Positions 17,235-26,043 of a stretch of DNA of 64,000 bases are shown here, in pieces; position 1 is the stretch's first letter; each line of letters begins with the position of its first letter. The stretch lies in assembly GCA_947589075.1 (NCBI GenBank), contig CANQBS010000003.1:23467-87466 (forward strand). The letters are read 5' to 3'. The notes below the pieces were generated by a model, which was not told where the DNA came from, did not search any database, and saw only the letters and a program-made list of their open reading frames with translations. This DNA comes from an uncultured Acetatifactor sp. (GTDB lineage: Bacteria > Bacillota > Clostridia > Lachnospirales > Lachnospiraceae). The position numbers and the translations under genes were made by a program.

Positions 17235-20080
17235 TATCCCAGATAGCTCCAGTTCATATCAACATTGCCGTTGATCCCGCTCACGCTTCCCGTAGACTGG
17301 TACTGCCACATATCATATTTTCCCGTATAGGTGGGCTGGGACGCATACTGCGCAAGCCAGATTTTATACGCGCTCAGGCTCGGCGTATCGATCATGGTGG
17401 TCAGCCAGGTTTTATTCGCATAAATACCTGCCGTATATCCCCCGTTCTGAATTGTCTGACAAAAGGCCTTACATATCTCAGTTCTGGCTTCCTTACTGAT
17501 ATTGTCCGCCCTTCCATTTTTACCGCCGCTGTGCTCCACGTCCAGGAAGATGGGATAGGATATTCTATAATTTTTCACCTGCTCCAGAACCATGGAAGCT
17601 TCCTCCACCGCCTCTTTCTGATTAACCGCCTGGGTAAAGAAATAAACGCCAACCTTCAGTCCGGCGTCAAGAGCGCCTTTTATATTCGCCTCATAAGTAG
17701 GATCCTCCACCAGGACACCGGAACCATATCCTCTGTATCCGCAGCGGATGATCACGAAGCTGATGCCTGAGTTTTTCACGGCTTTCCAGTCAATCTTGGT
17801 GCCGTTCCACTTGGACACATCGATTCCAAGGGTTCCGGAATTCGTGATCAATGCGCCCTGAGAATCAAAATGATAGCTTGCCCCTTTGATCACCTGCTCT
17901 CCCGTCACAGGGACACCGTCTTTATTATAATAATATGTCTTCCCGTCTATCGTCTGCCAGCCGGTATACTTTACTCCCACCATAATATAGAATTTTTTGT
18001 TGGTATAATAATCGGCAGAAACAGCTTTCGTGAAGTTGTCAGGATTATCCGTGGAAAGCCCCTCACTTTTAAGGACATACACCGGATTGCCCTGGGTATC
18101 CTTTAATTCCGTGGTTTTATCCGTTTTGGGATCAACAAGCACAGTTATGTTACAGACTGCTTTGTAATCTGCCCCGTTCACCCTGTAATGCACTGTTGCC
18201 GCAGCAGAACCGGCCGCCTGCCCCTGAATGGTCAAAACGTTCTTGGCATCATTAAGGGAGACAGATGCCGCAGCGGCAGAGGATTCTGCAGATACTTCAG
18301 CTGCCCCGTCCCCCTGAACTGCCGTTATATTAACAGTAACCGCAGAACCGACATAGACAGACACGGCGGACTGGTCCAGCTGAACCTGACGCTTTACCAC
18401 CTTCACATGGCAGCGGCCTTCTGTAACTTTTGTATCTCCTCCGCTGACCGTCTCTGTCACCGAATAAACGATATCTGTCTCCCCTTCGGCCTTTGCGGTC
18501 AGCGTTACACTTGTGCCATCCGAAGAAGACACCTCGGCAATCTCAGGCTTTTCGCTTCTCCATTTGCCTTCGCCTGTTCCCTGACCCTGAACTTCTGCAG
18601 TAAGGATAAAGCTCTCTGTCCCTTCCCCTCCGACTCCAAGGGTAAGCTCATTTTTGCTTAAATTGACAGATACTGCGGCGGAAGACAATCCGGATATCAC
18701 AAGCGGCTCACCTTCCGATGCCAGGCTGCGCACATTTCCACTCCCGGAAAAGGCAAGATTTTCTCCGGGCGCCTTTATATTTTCTTTCTTGATTTCCTGG
18801 AAACCGCCTGGGATCTGGGTACTCTCCACCCATTCCACAGTATCCTTCATGGTTTCCTCGGGTACGTCTTCGTGGGGTTTTGTCTCTTCATTTGACACAT
18901 CCACATCCGTTTCGTCCTTTACCTCATCAGAGACATCCACCTTTTCATATACGATTTCCTTCTTCACCTCAACAGACTGGGCTGCCGAAGGCAGTTCATA
19001 ATTCTTATATTTTTCATTTTCCAGCGGCAGAACTGTCACAGAGTATTTTCCCGGTTCCAGATCGATCTGATAAATGATCCCATCCAGATCGTCGTCTGTC
19101 CAGGTAACGCTTTTCCCTTTGGCATTCTTCACTTCAACCGAAAAAGGCACGTTGGAAATCAGCTTTCCTGATTTTTTATTGACAAATTTGACCTTCAGAT
19201 CCTTCTCAATGGAAGAAAGCTTCATGGTAACGCTGATGGCATTCACGTATTCTTCTTCGTGATATTCCGTTTGCTCCTGCTGCTTTGCTTCCTCCTGCCG
19301 CCGCAGCTCCTCCTCCAAGGCCTCTGCCGCCGCTTTCTTTGAGGCTTCCATATCCGCCACTGCCAGAAGGCCGGCCTGACCGGGCAGGACAACATCTGCC
19401 AGGGCAGACCCGACGCTGACAAACTCCTTCATCTGGTCCGACGCGATTCTCATACTGGCATAAATGCTTCCCGCCACCAGGGCTACGACCAGGATCATAA
19501 TGCCCGTAGCCGAAATGATCTTGTCCATTGTATCCATATGTACTATATGCGCCCAGAGCAGGGCAAACACATTCTTTTTATCCTTTTCCCCGGATACCTC
19601 CTCTTCTCCCTGTTCTTCTGCATAATCTGCATCTGCCGGATCCTCATAATCCTCATAAGCTTCCCCAGCAAAATAAACGCCCTCATCCTCCGTAAAATCA
19701 TACGATGAATCCTCTTCTCCTGTTTCATCTATGAAATACTGAGGCAATTCTGCTTCCGGCTCTTCTTCAAAATCTCCCTCAAATTCTTCATAACCTTCTT
19801 CAAATTCTTCAGGTTCTTCCTCAAATTCCTCCTCGGGCTCCTCTCCAAATTCCCTTTCGGGTTCTTCTTCAAATTCCTCCTCGGATCCTTCTGCGAATTC
19901 CCCTTCTTCTGCATAATATACCACCGGGTCTTCTTCATATTCCTCCGGGGATTCTGCTGAAAATCCATCCGAAGCCACGTCTTCCAGGCCATTATCCCGG
20001 TCGCCTGCATCGACAAAATCTTCCCAATTCATAACAGATGCTTTTTCTTTTCCGCCTTTTCGCCTCAGCAATTTACTCAT
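17231..20080 (-). CDS. Membrane-anchored GH25 muramidase with acidic N-terminal tail, Big_2 domains and cell-wall-binding repeats
   Basis: Acidic E/F/P-rich N-terminal segment of about 180 aa, then one TM helix (IISATGIMILVVALVAGSIYA). Two Ig-like group 2 type segments follow, then YYYNKDGVPVTGEQVIKGASYHFDSQGALI (CW-binding repeat). The C-terminus is GH25: GIDVSKWNGTKIDW...FVIIRCGYRG...FLDVEH...MWQY. The start at 20080 (MSKLL) has GAGAGGAAG upstream. Confidence 0.85.
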   Translation of the reverse strand: MSKLLRRKGGKEKASVMNWEDFVDAGDRDNGLEDVASDGFSAESPEEYEEDPVVYYAEEGEFAEGSEEEFEEEPEREFGEEPEEEFEEEPEEFEEGYEEFEGDFEEEPEAELPQYFIDETGEEDSSYDFTEDEGVYFAGEAYEDYEDPADADYAEEQGEEEVSGEKDKKNVFALLWAHIVHMDTMDKIISATGIMILVVALVAGSIYASMRIASDQMKEFVSVGSALADVVLPGQAGLLAVADMEASKKAAAEALEEELRRQEEAKQQEQTEYHEEEYVNAISVTMKLSSIEKDLKVKFVNKKSGKLISNVPFSVEVKNAKGKSVTWTDDDLDGIIYQIDLEPGKYSVTVLPLENEKYKNYELPSAAQSVEVKKEIVYEKVDVSDEVKDETDVDVSNEETKPHEDVPEETMKDTVEWVESTQIPGGFQEIKKENIKAPGENLAFSGSGNVRSLASEGEPLVISGLSSAAVSVNLSKNELTLGVGGEGTESFILTAEVQGQGTGEGKWRSEKPEIAEVSSSDGTSVTLTAKAEGETDIVYSVTETVSGGDTKVTEGRCHVKVVKRQVQLDQSAVSVYVGSAVTVNITAVQGDGAAEVSAESSAAAASVSLNDAKNVLTIQGQAAGSAAATVHYRVNGADYKAVCNITVLVDPKTDKTTELKDTQGNPVYVLKSEGLSTDNPDNFTKAVSADYYTNKKFYIMVGVKYTGWQTIDGKTYYYNKDGVPVTGEQVIKGASYHFDSQGALITNSGTLGIDVSKWNGTKIDWKAVKNSGISFVIIRCGYRGYGSGVLVEDPTYEANIKGALDAGLKVGVYFFTQAVNQKEAVEEASMVLEQVKNYRISYPIFLDVEHSGGKNGRADNISKEARTEICKAFCQTIQNGGYTAGIYANKTWLTTMIDTPSLSAYKIWLAQYASQPTYTGKYDMWQYQSTGSVSGINGNVDMNWSYLGY

Positions 20081-20126
20081 TTTTCTTCCTCTCATATCAA
20101 TATCGGGTTGTTAATAAATTTGTAAC

Positions 20127-20155
20127 ATTATAACATCCCCCCGCACAGACTTCAA
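20127..20155 (-). promoter_or_regulatory. Sigma-A promoter for the GH25 gene
   Basis: On the minus strand: TTGAAG, 17 nt, TGtTATAAT. Confidence 0.6.
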
Positions 20156-20200
20156 GTAATTCGTCTAATTATTCAGAAATTCTTAAATTTTCAAATAATC

Positions 20201-20229
20201 TGGACATTCCTGTCACATAATAGTAAAAT
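20201..20229 (+). promoter_or_regulatory. Sigma-A promoter for the plus-strand SGNH gene
   Basis: TGGACA, 17 nt, TAAAAT, located 40 nt upstream of the ATG at 20269. Confidence 0.5.
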
Positions 20230-20268
20230 ATCATTATATTTTCAAGAGCTTTTTCAGGAATGTTTTGA

Positions 20269-21312
20269 ATGAAAAGGAAGGATATTTACCAATACATGGA
20301 TAACAAAAAAATGGATCTAAAAAAAATCATTTCAAAAATAAACTGGCATTTTGTATTTACAGGAGTCATTTTGATCGTCGTTGGTTTGATCATCTGGCGT
20401 ATCCTGAATTACGGCGTCAGGATCAATCCTGACGATTATGAGGATCAAGAATACATTGCCGATATATCCGACAACATCGTACCCCTTATCTTATCAGAGG
20501 AACAAAAGGCAAAAGACGACGGCATCACCACTATAGTCACTATGGGAAATTCTCCTTTTGCAGACGACAGAGATTCCGAGGACAATCTCGCCAACATCAT
20601 AGCAAGACAGGCCGACGCTGTCGTTTATAATTGTGCGATCGAGGACTCTTACCTGGCCGCCGAGGGATCCTCTATTACCTATGCTCCCAAAGATGTTTTT
20701 AATTTTTATTGGCTGGTTTACAGTTTCTGTGCGGCAAATGAAATGTCCCCATACCATTCCGAGGAACGAGGTTTAAAACACCTTTATCAGGAAACCTTTG
20801 AGGAAATGGGGGATTCCCTTTCAGCGGAAGGGAAGGAAATCTACAATACCCTCTTATCCATCGACTTTAATACCGTTGACGTTCTGGCTATCATGTACGA
20901 TGCCAGCGATTACCTGGCAGGCCGCCCGGCCCACAACCCCGAAAACCTGGTGGATATTAACTCCTTCTCAGGCAATCTGAGTGCTGGAATTGAAATGATC
21001 CAGAGAACATATCCCCATATCCGCATTATCGTCTTGTCCCCGACCTTTGCCTATGCAGTAAACGAAGAAGGGAAATACGAAAACAGTGAAACCTACCGAT
21101 ACTCAGACTTCCCTCTTTCTTCCTATATGAGCATGGAAGGGAATTCTGCCGTCGTGCATGGCGTCACTTTTTTGGATAATTTATATGGTACGATTCACGA
21201 AGATATTGCCCAAAAATATCTGAAGGATAACCTTCACTTAAATGTAGAAGGGAGAAAGCTGGTCGCGGAGCGTTTTCTGTATGCGTTAAATTATTATAGC
21301 TTCCTTCCATAA
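20269..21312 (+). CDS. Membrane-anchored SGNH/GDSL-like hydrolase or acyltransferase
   Basis: N-terminal TM helix (FVFTGVILIVVGLIIW), block I-like TMGNSPFADD, and block V-like KDNLHLNVEGRKLVAERF. Confidence 0.65.
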   Translation: MKRKDIYQYMDNKKMDLKKIISKINWHFVFTGVILIVVGLIIWRILNYGVRINPDDYEDQEYIADISDNIVPLILSEEQKAKDDGITTIVTMGNSPFADDRDSEDNLANIIARQADAVVYNCAIEDSYLAAEGSSITYAPKDVFNFYWLVYSFCAANEMSPYHSEERGLKHLYQETFEEMGDSLSAEGKEIYNTLLSIDFNTVDVLAIMYDASDYLAGRPAHNPENLVDINSFSGNLSAGIEMIQRTYPHIRIIVLSPTFAYAVNEEGKYENSETYRYSDFPLSSYMSMEGNSAVVHGVTFLDNLYGTIHEDIAQKYLKDNLHLNVEGRKLVAERFLYALNYYSFLP

Positions 21313-21382
21313 CCACCGATCATCACACCTGCTTTCAGGTGATGGTGTTTGCCGCCCCATTGGGTGTTTGCCGCCCCGATGG

Positions 21383-21415
21383 GCGTCTGCTGCCACTTTG
21401 GACAGACGCTCTTTT
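21383..21415 (+). terminator. Rho-independent terminator after the plus-strand SGNH gene
   Basis: gcgtctg (21383-21389), a 13-nt loop, cagacgc (21403-21409), then tctttt. Confidence 0.55.
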
Positions 21416-21446
21416 GGATTGCGCTGCCTGGACCGCCGCCCCATTT

Positions 21447-22193
21447 TTAAAATACCACGTCAAAATTCATCGTTGTATCCTTATATATCCGATACCCGTC
21501 TATTGTATCGAAGAGGATATAGTCATAATCCAGCAGACTCCCCTCAAATTTATCTTCCTTCGGAAGGATCACATAATGACACTGATATTCCTTGGCAAGC
21601 TTTGCAAGAGAGGACACATCTACGGTTTCTTGGTGCATAAGATTGCTTAATTCATCACTGCCCCATCCGAATATTTCACGGCCGTAGGGCATACGGACCA
21701 GGGCAGTATATTGACGCACATAATAGAGCATCTCATCCGGGAAAAGCGCTCTCACCTCTCTTCCCGGAATGATGATGGCGTCGCATATATCCACCACCGT
21801 CTGGGGCACATGATACTCATTTTCCGCTTTTACGATCCCCGAAGACCGATAAACATAACTGCCTGACAGCACCAACAGGATCATACAGACCACTGCCGTC
21901 AGGATGCGGGCGTTTCCCCTGGCTCTTCCGCATATATGAACCGCCGCATACGCTATGGTCATGGTAATCGGCAGCAGCCACAAAAGACGCCAATAGATTT
22001 CTTCCATTAAGCCTATAAACCAGGCAAATACGGGATTAAAAAAAAGCAGCAACAGAATACAGGGAACATATACAAACAGGATCCGCACATGCTTTCTTTT
22101 TTCCTGAAGCAGCAGGTAAATCACAGATAACAAATACCAGCCTACGATCAGTCCATTTCCCATAAACTCACGAAACATTTCAAGAGATCTCAT
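21447..22193 (-). CDS. Membrane protein with C-terminal soluble domain, function unknown
   Basis: Four or five N-terminal helices followed by a soluble domain of about 130 aa. GGAAAGGGGA RBS upstream. The last gene of the operon before the convergent terminator region. Confidence 0.6.
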   Translation of the reverse strand: MRSLEMFREFMGNGLIVGWYLLSVIYLLLQEKRKHVRILFVYVPCILLLLFFNPVFAWFIGLMEEIYWRLLWLLPITMTIAYAAVHICGRARGNARILTAVVCMILLVLSGSYVYRSSGIVKAENEYHVPQTVVDICDAIIIPGREVRALFPDEMLYYVRQYTALVRMPYGREIFGWGSDELSNLMHQETVDVSSLAKLAKEYQCHYVILPKEDKFEGSLLDYDYILFDTIDGYRIYKDTTMNFDVVF

Positions 22194-22222
22194 CAAAATT
22201 TCCCCTTTCCGCCAGGGAACGT

Positions 22223-23290
22223 CTAATTATTGAAATAAAAATACAGGGCGGCATAGCATAGTGCCGGAAGGCAGCTGAGCAGTACAGGTATCAGCAGCTT
22301 CCACCGGCGATAACAGATGCAGCCACACATTCCCGTTATCCCTAACAGGATACAGGACAGCTCCGCCCCCTGTGTGCTGCAGAGACAGCCTGCCGTTACC
22401 GCTGCAGTCAAAAGAAGCCAGAGCATCCCTTCCACCTTCTTTTGTTTCTGAATCCTTTCCAGGATCTGAAAAAGCAGGAAAAAAATAGCCGGAATGATGA
22501 TACTGCCCAAAACCGCCTTTCCCTGCCTGCTCCTGACGATCAGGAACCGCTCCGCCGTATATGCGGAATAACTCCCGAATATTACGAGAATTTCCGTAAA
22601 GACCAGAAAAAGAGGAAGTTTTTCTTCCCTTTTATCCCACAGTTTACAGCCTATCAGGTAAAAAATTCCATAAGCCATAGGAATCAGCATGAGGGGAACC
22701 GCCACATGAGCCACTGTTACAGAAGGAATCCCTGATAATCTGGCAAGAAGAGCGATCCAAATGGGAAACGGCGCCAGTCCATGTCTTGCATTCAGTTCAG
22801 TGGTTTCTCCTGTATATGGCAAAAAGGAATAAAGCTTATTGCTTTCTTCTGCCGCCGTAGCTTCAGCGACATAATAAGCATCATCTCCGTCGCTGAATGC
22901 CAGCCTCACCGCCTGTATCATTTGAAACGCCAGCAGCAGGAAAAAAAGTCCCCAGAAAATGTAATGCAGGCGACTTTTGTTCTTGGAAGAACCCTGCAAA
23001 ACAAGATCAGAGTTTTCAACAGCCTTCAATCGCAGCCTGGAGCGAGTGCACACGCCCAGAGAACACAGCAGCAAAACCACAGTCAGCACAACATACACTA
23101 TGAGCATATCCGACAATACCGGCCGGAAGATGATAAATGGAATACACACCAGCTGAAAGAGCGCCCACAGAAAGATCTGTCCCATTACCCATTTAAAGAT
23201 CGGGTCATTTTTCTCTTTTCCCATACCGGCTGCCGGAATATTCCCTACGAAAGCCGGTATCACAAACATCCATATGATCAAAACAGCCAC
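22223..23290 (-). CDS. Polytopic membrane protein, function unknown
   Basis: About 10 hydrophobic helices. GTG start with GAGGT 7 nt upstream. Acidic loop motif FSDGDDAYYVAEA. Confidence 0.6.
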   Translation of the reverse strand: MAVLIIWMFVIPAFVGNIPAAGMGKEKNDPIFKWVMGQIFLWALFQLVCIPFIIFRPVLSDMLIVYVVLTVVLLLCSLGVCTRSRLRLKAVENSDLVLQGSSKNKSRLHYIFWGLFFLLLAFQMIQAVRLAFSDGDDAYYVAEATAAEESNKLYSFLPYTGETTELNARHGLAPFPIWIALLARLSGIPSVTVAHVAVPLMLIPMAYGIFYLIGCKLWDKREEKLPLFLVFTEILVIFGSYSAYTAERFLIVRSRQGKAVLGSIIIPAIFFLLFQILERIQKQKKVEGMLWLLLTAAVTAGCLCSTQGAELSCILLGITGMCGCICYRRWKLLIPVLLSCLPALCYAALYFYFNN

Positions 23291-23354
23291 GGCTTATACC
23301 TCGTTTCCATTCAATCCAATCTCTATAACCCCTTTTTCATCTCCATTATCCGCA

Positions 23355-25139
23355 CTACTTTCCAAACAGTATGAGCAAATCTCCATAAGGAGATTCCTCC
23401 CGGGAAAGCAATATGTCTTTTTTCTTTAGTCCATATTCTTCCTCTAAAATTTTTTCCAGCACCGCATTCTCGGTTTCTTCTCCCGTGTTTTTTACCAGCA
23501 CTACAACCTGTTCCTTTTCTGAAACGGAAGCCTTGTCCTTCCTATGGCACAATTCTTCCGGAGTAAGCAGCAGAGTCTCCCGATAACAGGTAAATTCCAC
23601 TAAATTTTCATAATATCCTGCGCCTTCATAAATACAAATGCAGGGCAGCCCACTATATTCCTCTGTGACTTTTTTCGTAATCTCCAGCTGTTTTTCATAT
23701 CCTTTATACAAGTATTCACCCGAATAACCGCATACATTGAAAAAGCAAAGGACAGCGATAAGGGCTCCGAATATCCAGACCCCGGCCGATATCTTTTCAA
23801 CTATTTTCCAGAGCAGAAGAGTCATCCCCAGCACAGCGAAGGGAAAAAGAGCCATAATATAACGATCTACCATATAAGGCGACATTCTCGCTGCCAGGAA
23901 AAAATAAATACAGACTGGGACCAAAAGCATTCCGGCAAGATTTTTTTCTTCTTCCTTTTCAAAAGTTCTCCTGTGTATCAGAACAAGAACGACTCCTGAC
24001 GCCAGGCAAAGCGCTGCGGCCAGTATCCACCCATTTGCTTCCATTCCCAATATTCCAGACGCCAGGATCTTCCCGAAATTCCACAATCTCGTACCATACC
24101 CCTTCAAACCATTCCGCAGATTCTCCAAGGCTTCCACACCCCTTCCGCTGGAAAACACATCCGACACAGCAAAGGGAAAAACAGCGAGTCCAATGACGGC
24201 AGCAATGATCATTGAGCGGATATATCCCCTCAAAGCTTTCCAATTCCGATCCCTGCAAAACAAAAAGACCACTACGGCAGCCAGACCGATACAGTAAAAC
24301 AGGAAAAAATACTGGGTCCAAAAGCCCATAACAGTCACAAGGATCAGCAGACGGTTCCTTGTGGTCCACTCTTTTTCCTGCCATTTTTTGATATGAAGAT
24401 AAAAGTCTGCCACACACCAGAAAGTCATCATCCCATACATTCTGGTCAGCAGAACCGTTGCGATAGCTCCCGATGACAGACCATAAAGGACGGCTGATGC
24501 CAGACCGGCCTTTTCCAGCCCCAGGCGCTTCCCCAGCTTCATCAGCAGAATACAGCATCCCAGAACACATATCAGATTTATGGAACAGCCCATAAGGGGA
24601 AGGATCTTCCCTCTCACCAGAGAAGAGATGGTATGCAGCACCATAAAATGAAGGGGCGGATGATTATCGTCCTTCACGTTAAAATAAACGGATAAGTAAT
24701 TGAAGGCATCCTCTTCCACCGTAATATAATCATGAAACTCTTTTCCGCTGATCCAGACAGGCTCCTCATAAACGTCTGCCTGATAACCTGCCACCAGGCT
24801 GTTTCCCCTGTTTCGAAGCACGTCTTCCGTCAGTCTCCAGAGATTTCCCATTGTTTCTGTCAGAGAATCCCCCTGTATTTCGTTTTGATAAAGCTTTGCC
24901 AGACGCCCTTGCGGCTGTGTGGGCACGATCCAGGGATTGAACTGGGCGTTTGACAGTTCATAGCTCAAAAGCTCGTCCATATGGTAACCTTCCTTTTGGG
25001 AAATAAAGAAAAGCTGCACCACTGTTACGAGCGCCAAAACCAGAATCTGTAAAGCATACTGTGAAAACCAGAAAGAAAGCTTCCTGATTTTTTCATTCCA
25101 TGCACTATCCGCCTTATTTTCATCCGATGCCGCTCTCAA
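23355..25139 (-). CDS. GT-C-type membrane glycosyltransferase candidate (PMT/ArnT-like)
   Basis: 594 aa and polytopic. YFNVKDDNHPPLHFMVLH resembles the first-loop D/E..HPPL motif of GT39/GT83 enzymes. C-terminal soluble domain. The TTG start overlaps the upstream stop. Confidence 0.55.
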   Translation of the reverse strand: MRAASDENKADSAWNEKIRKLSFWFSQYALQILVLALVTVVQLFFISQKEGYHMDELLSYELSNAQFNPWIVPTQPQGRLAKLYQNEIQGDSLTETMGNLWRLTEDVLRNRGNSLVAGYQADVYEEPVWISGKEFHDYITVEEDAFNYLSVYFNVKDDNHPPLHFMVLHTISSLVRGKILPLMGCSINLICVLGCCILLMKLGKRLGLEKAGLASAVLYGLSSGAIATVLLTRMYGMMTFWCVADFYLHIKKWQEKEWTTRNRLLILVTVMGFWTQYFFLFYCIGLAAVVVFLFCRDRNWKALRGYIRSMIIAAVIGLAVFPFAVSDVFSSGRGVEALENLRNGLKGYGTRLWNFGKILASGILGMEANGWILAAALCLASGVVLVLIHRRTFEKEEEKNLAGMLLVPVCIYFFLAARMSPYMVDRYIMALFPFAVLGMTLLLWKIVEKISAGVWIFGALIAVLCFFNVCGYSGEYLYKGYEKQLEITKKVTEEYSGLPCICIYEGAGYYENLVEFTCYRETLLLTPEELCHRKDKASVSEKEQVVVLVKNTGEETENAVLEKILEEEYGLKKKDILLSREESPYGDLLILFGK

Positions 25140-25989
25140 TCCTCTTTCAGCTTCCTCTCACGATAATTTTCCCAAAGGGACGCATCCTCAAAGTGATACA
25201 CAACATAAGACCCATCCTCATAGACAGGCTGTCCTTCTCGGATCACCGGCTCCCGGGCATATTCCTCCCGCTCTTCGGCGGTCAGCAAAAGAAATACCTT
25301 GCCGATATGCTCCTCTTCATAGTATTTCTTAGGGCTGGACCAGTAAAAGAAATTCAGCTGATCCAGCTTATCCACATTAGCAATCTCCACCGCACCGTTT
25401 GTCAGTTCTGTCATAATGTTGGCGTTCCAGGGAAACGCCCTGATATACGCTGATGAAATTGGTCACTTCATAAGTTTGAAAGTCATATTTTTCCGCAATG
25501 ACCGCCGCCGTCAGCACAAGAGGCACCTGCAGCGCCAAAAGATAACGGACGCCAGACAGACCGCAGATCAAACTTAAAAGGAAGTAACAGAAAAGCATTG
25601 CCGTCTTTTTCGCCTTTTGATATTTGTTTTTTGCGCCTTCCTGCGCCGCAGCATTTTCACTCAGCCGCAGAAACAGACCAAATATAAAACAGATCAAAAG
25701 CAAATGCCACATATAGGTGTTTCCCATCTGCATATGGGTGAGAAACGTTTCGGAAAATGGAAGAAACAGTAAAACAGAGGCTCCATTAAAATCTGGGTAT
25801 ACAGTACTCTGAACTCCGTAGAATAATACCAGCTCTCCGTAGCCAGCCATTTTCCCTCTTCAGCCAGCAGTTTTGAAAAGATCATTTCCGCTGCCATATC
25901 GGAATCCAGCCAGGTCTCCAGATAAAACAGATTAAAAAAACAAGCATCAGAAAAACCAGACCAAGAACAAGCCATGGGATCCGATCCAT
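25136..25989 (-). pseudogene. Frameshifted membrane protein gene (three frame changes)
   Basis: Four consecutive reading-frame pieces tile one coding region. Piece 1 is a 35-aa ORF from the ATG at 25989 (MDRIPWLVLGLVFLMLVFL...). The other three are track ORFs 25694-25975, 25377-25850 and 25136-25414. The first shift sits at a run of 7 T (coding strand, 25934-25940), and one extra T restores ...LVFFNLFYLETW. The third shift, near 25455-25470, is not in a homopolymer. Confidence 0.65.
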
Positions 25990-26043
25990 AATTTTGCTTC
26001 TCTTCCGATTAAATATAGCCGCTGAAGCCTCCCGACTTACTCC

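Noticed and set aside
17231-20080. The GH25 enzyme considered as a prophage endolysin.
   Set aside because: There are no phage structural, holin or integrase genes nearby. The protein has a TM anchor, Big_2 domains and wall-binding repeats typical of host autolysins.
21447-23290. The 355-aa and 249-aa membrane proteins considered as two halves of one split GT-C-like gene of about 600 aa.
   Set aside because: They are in different frames, separated by two stops, and the downstream ORF has its own good RBS (GGAAAGGGGA). Independent genes are more likely, though an old split cannot be excluded.
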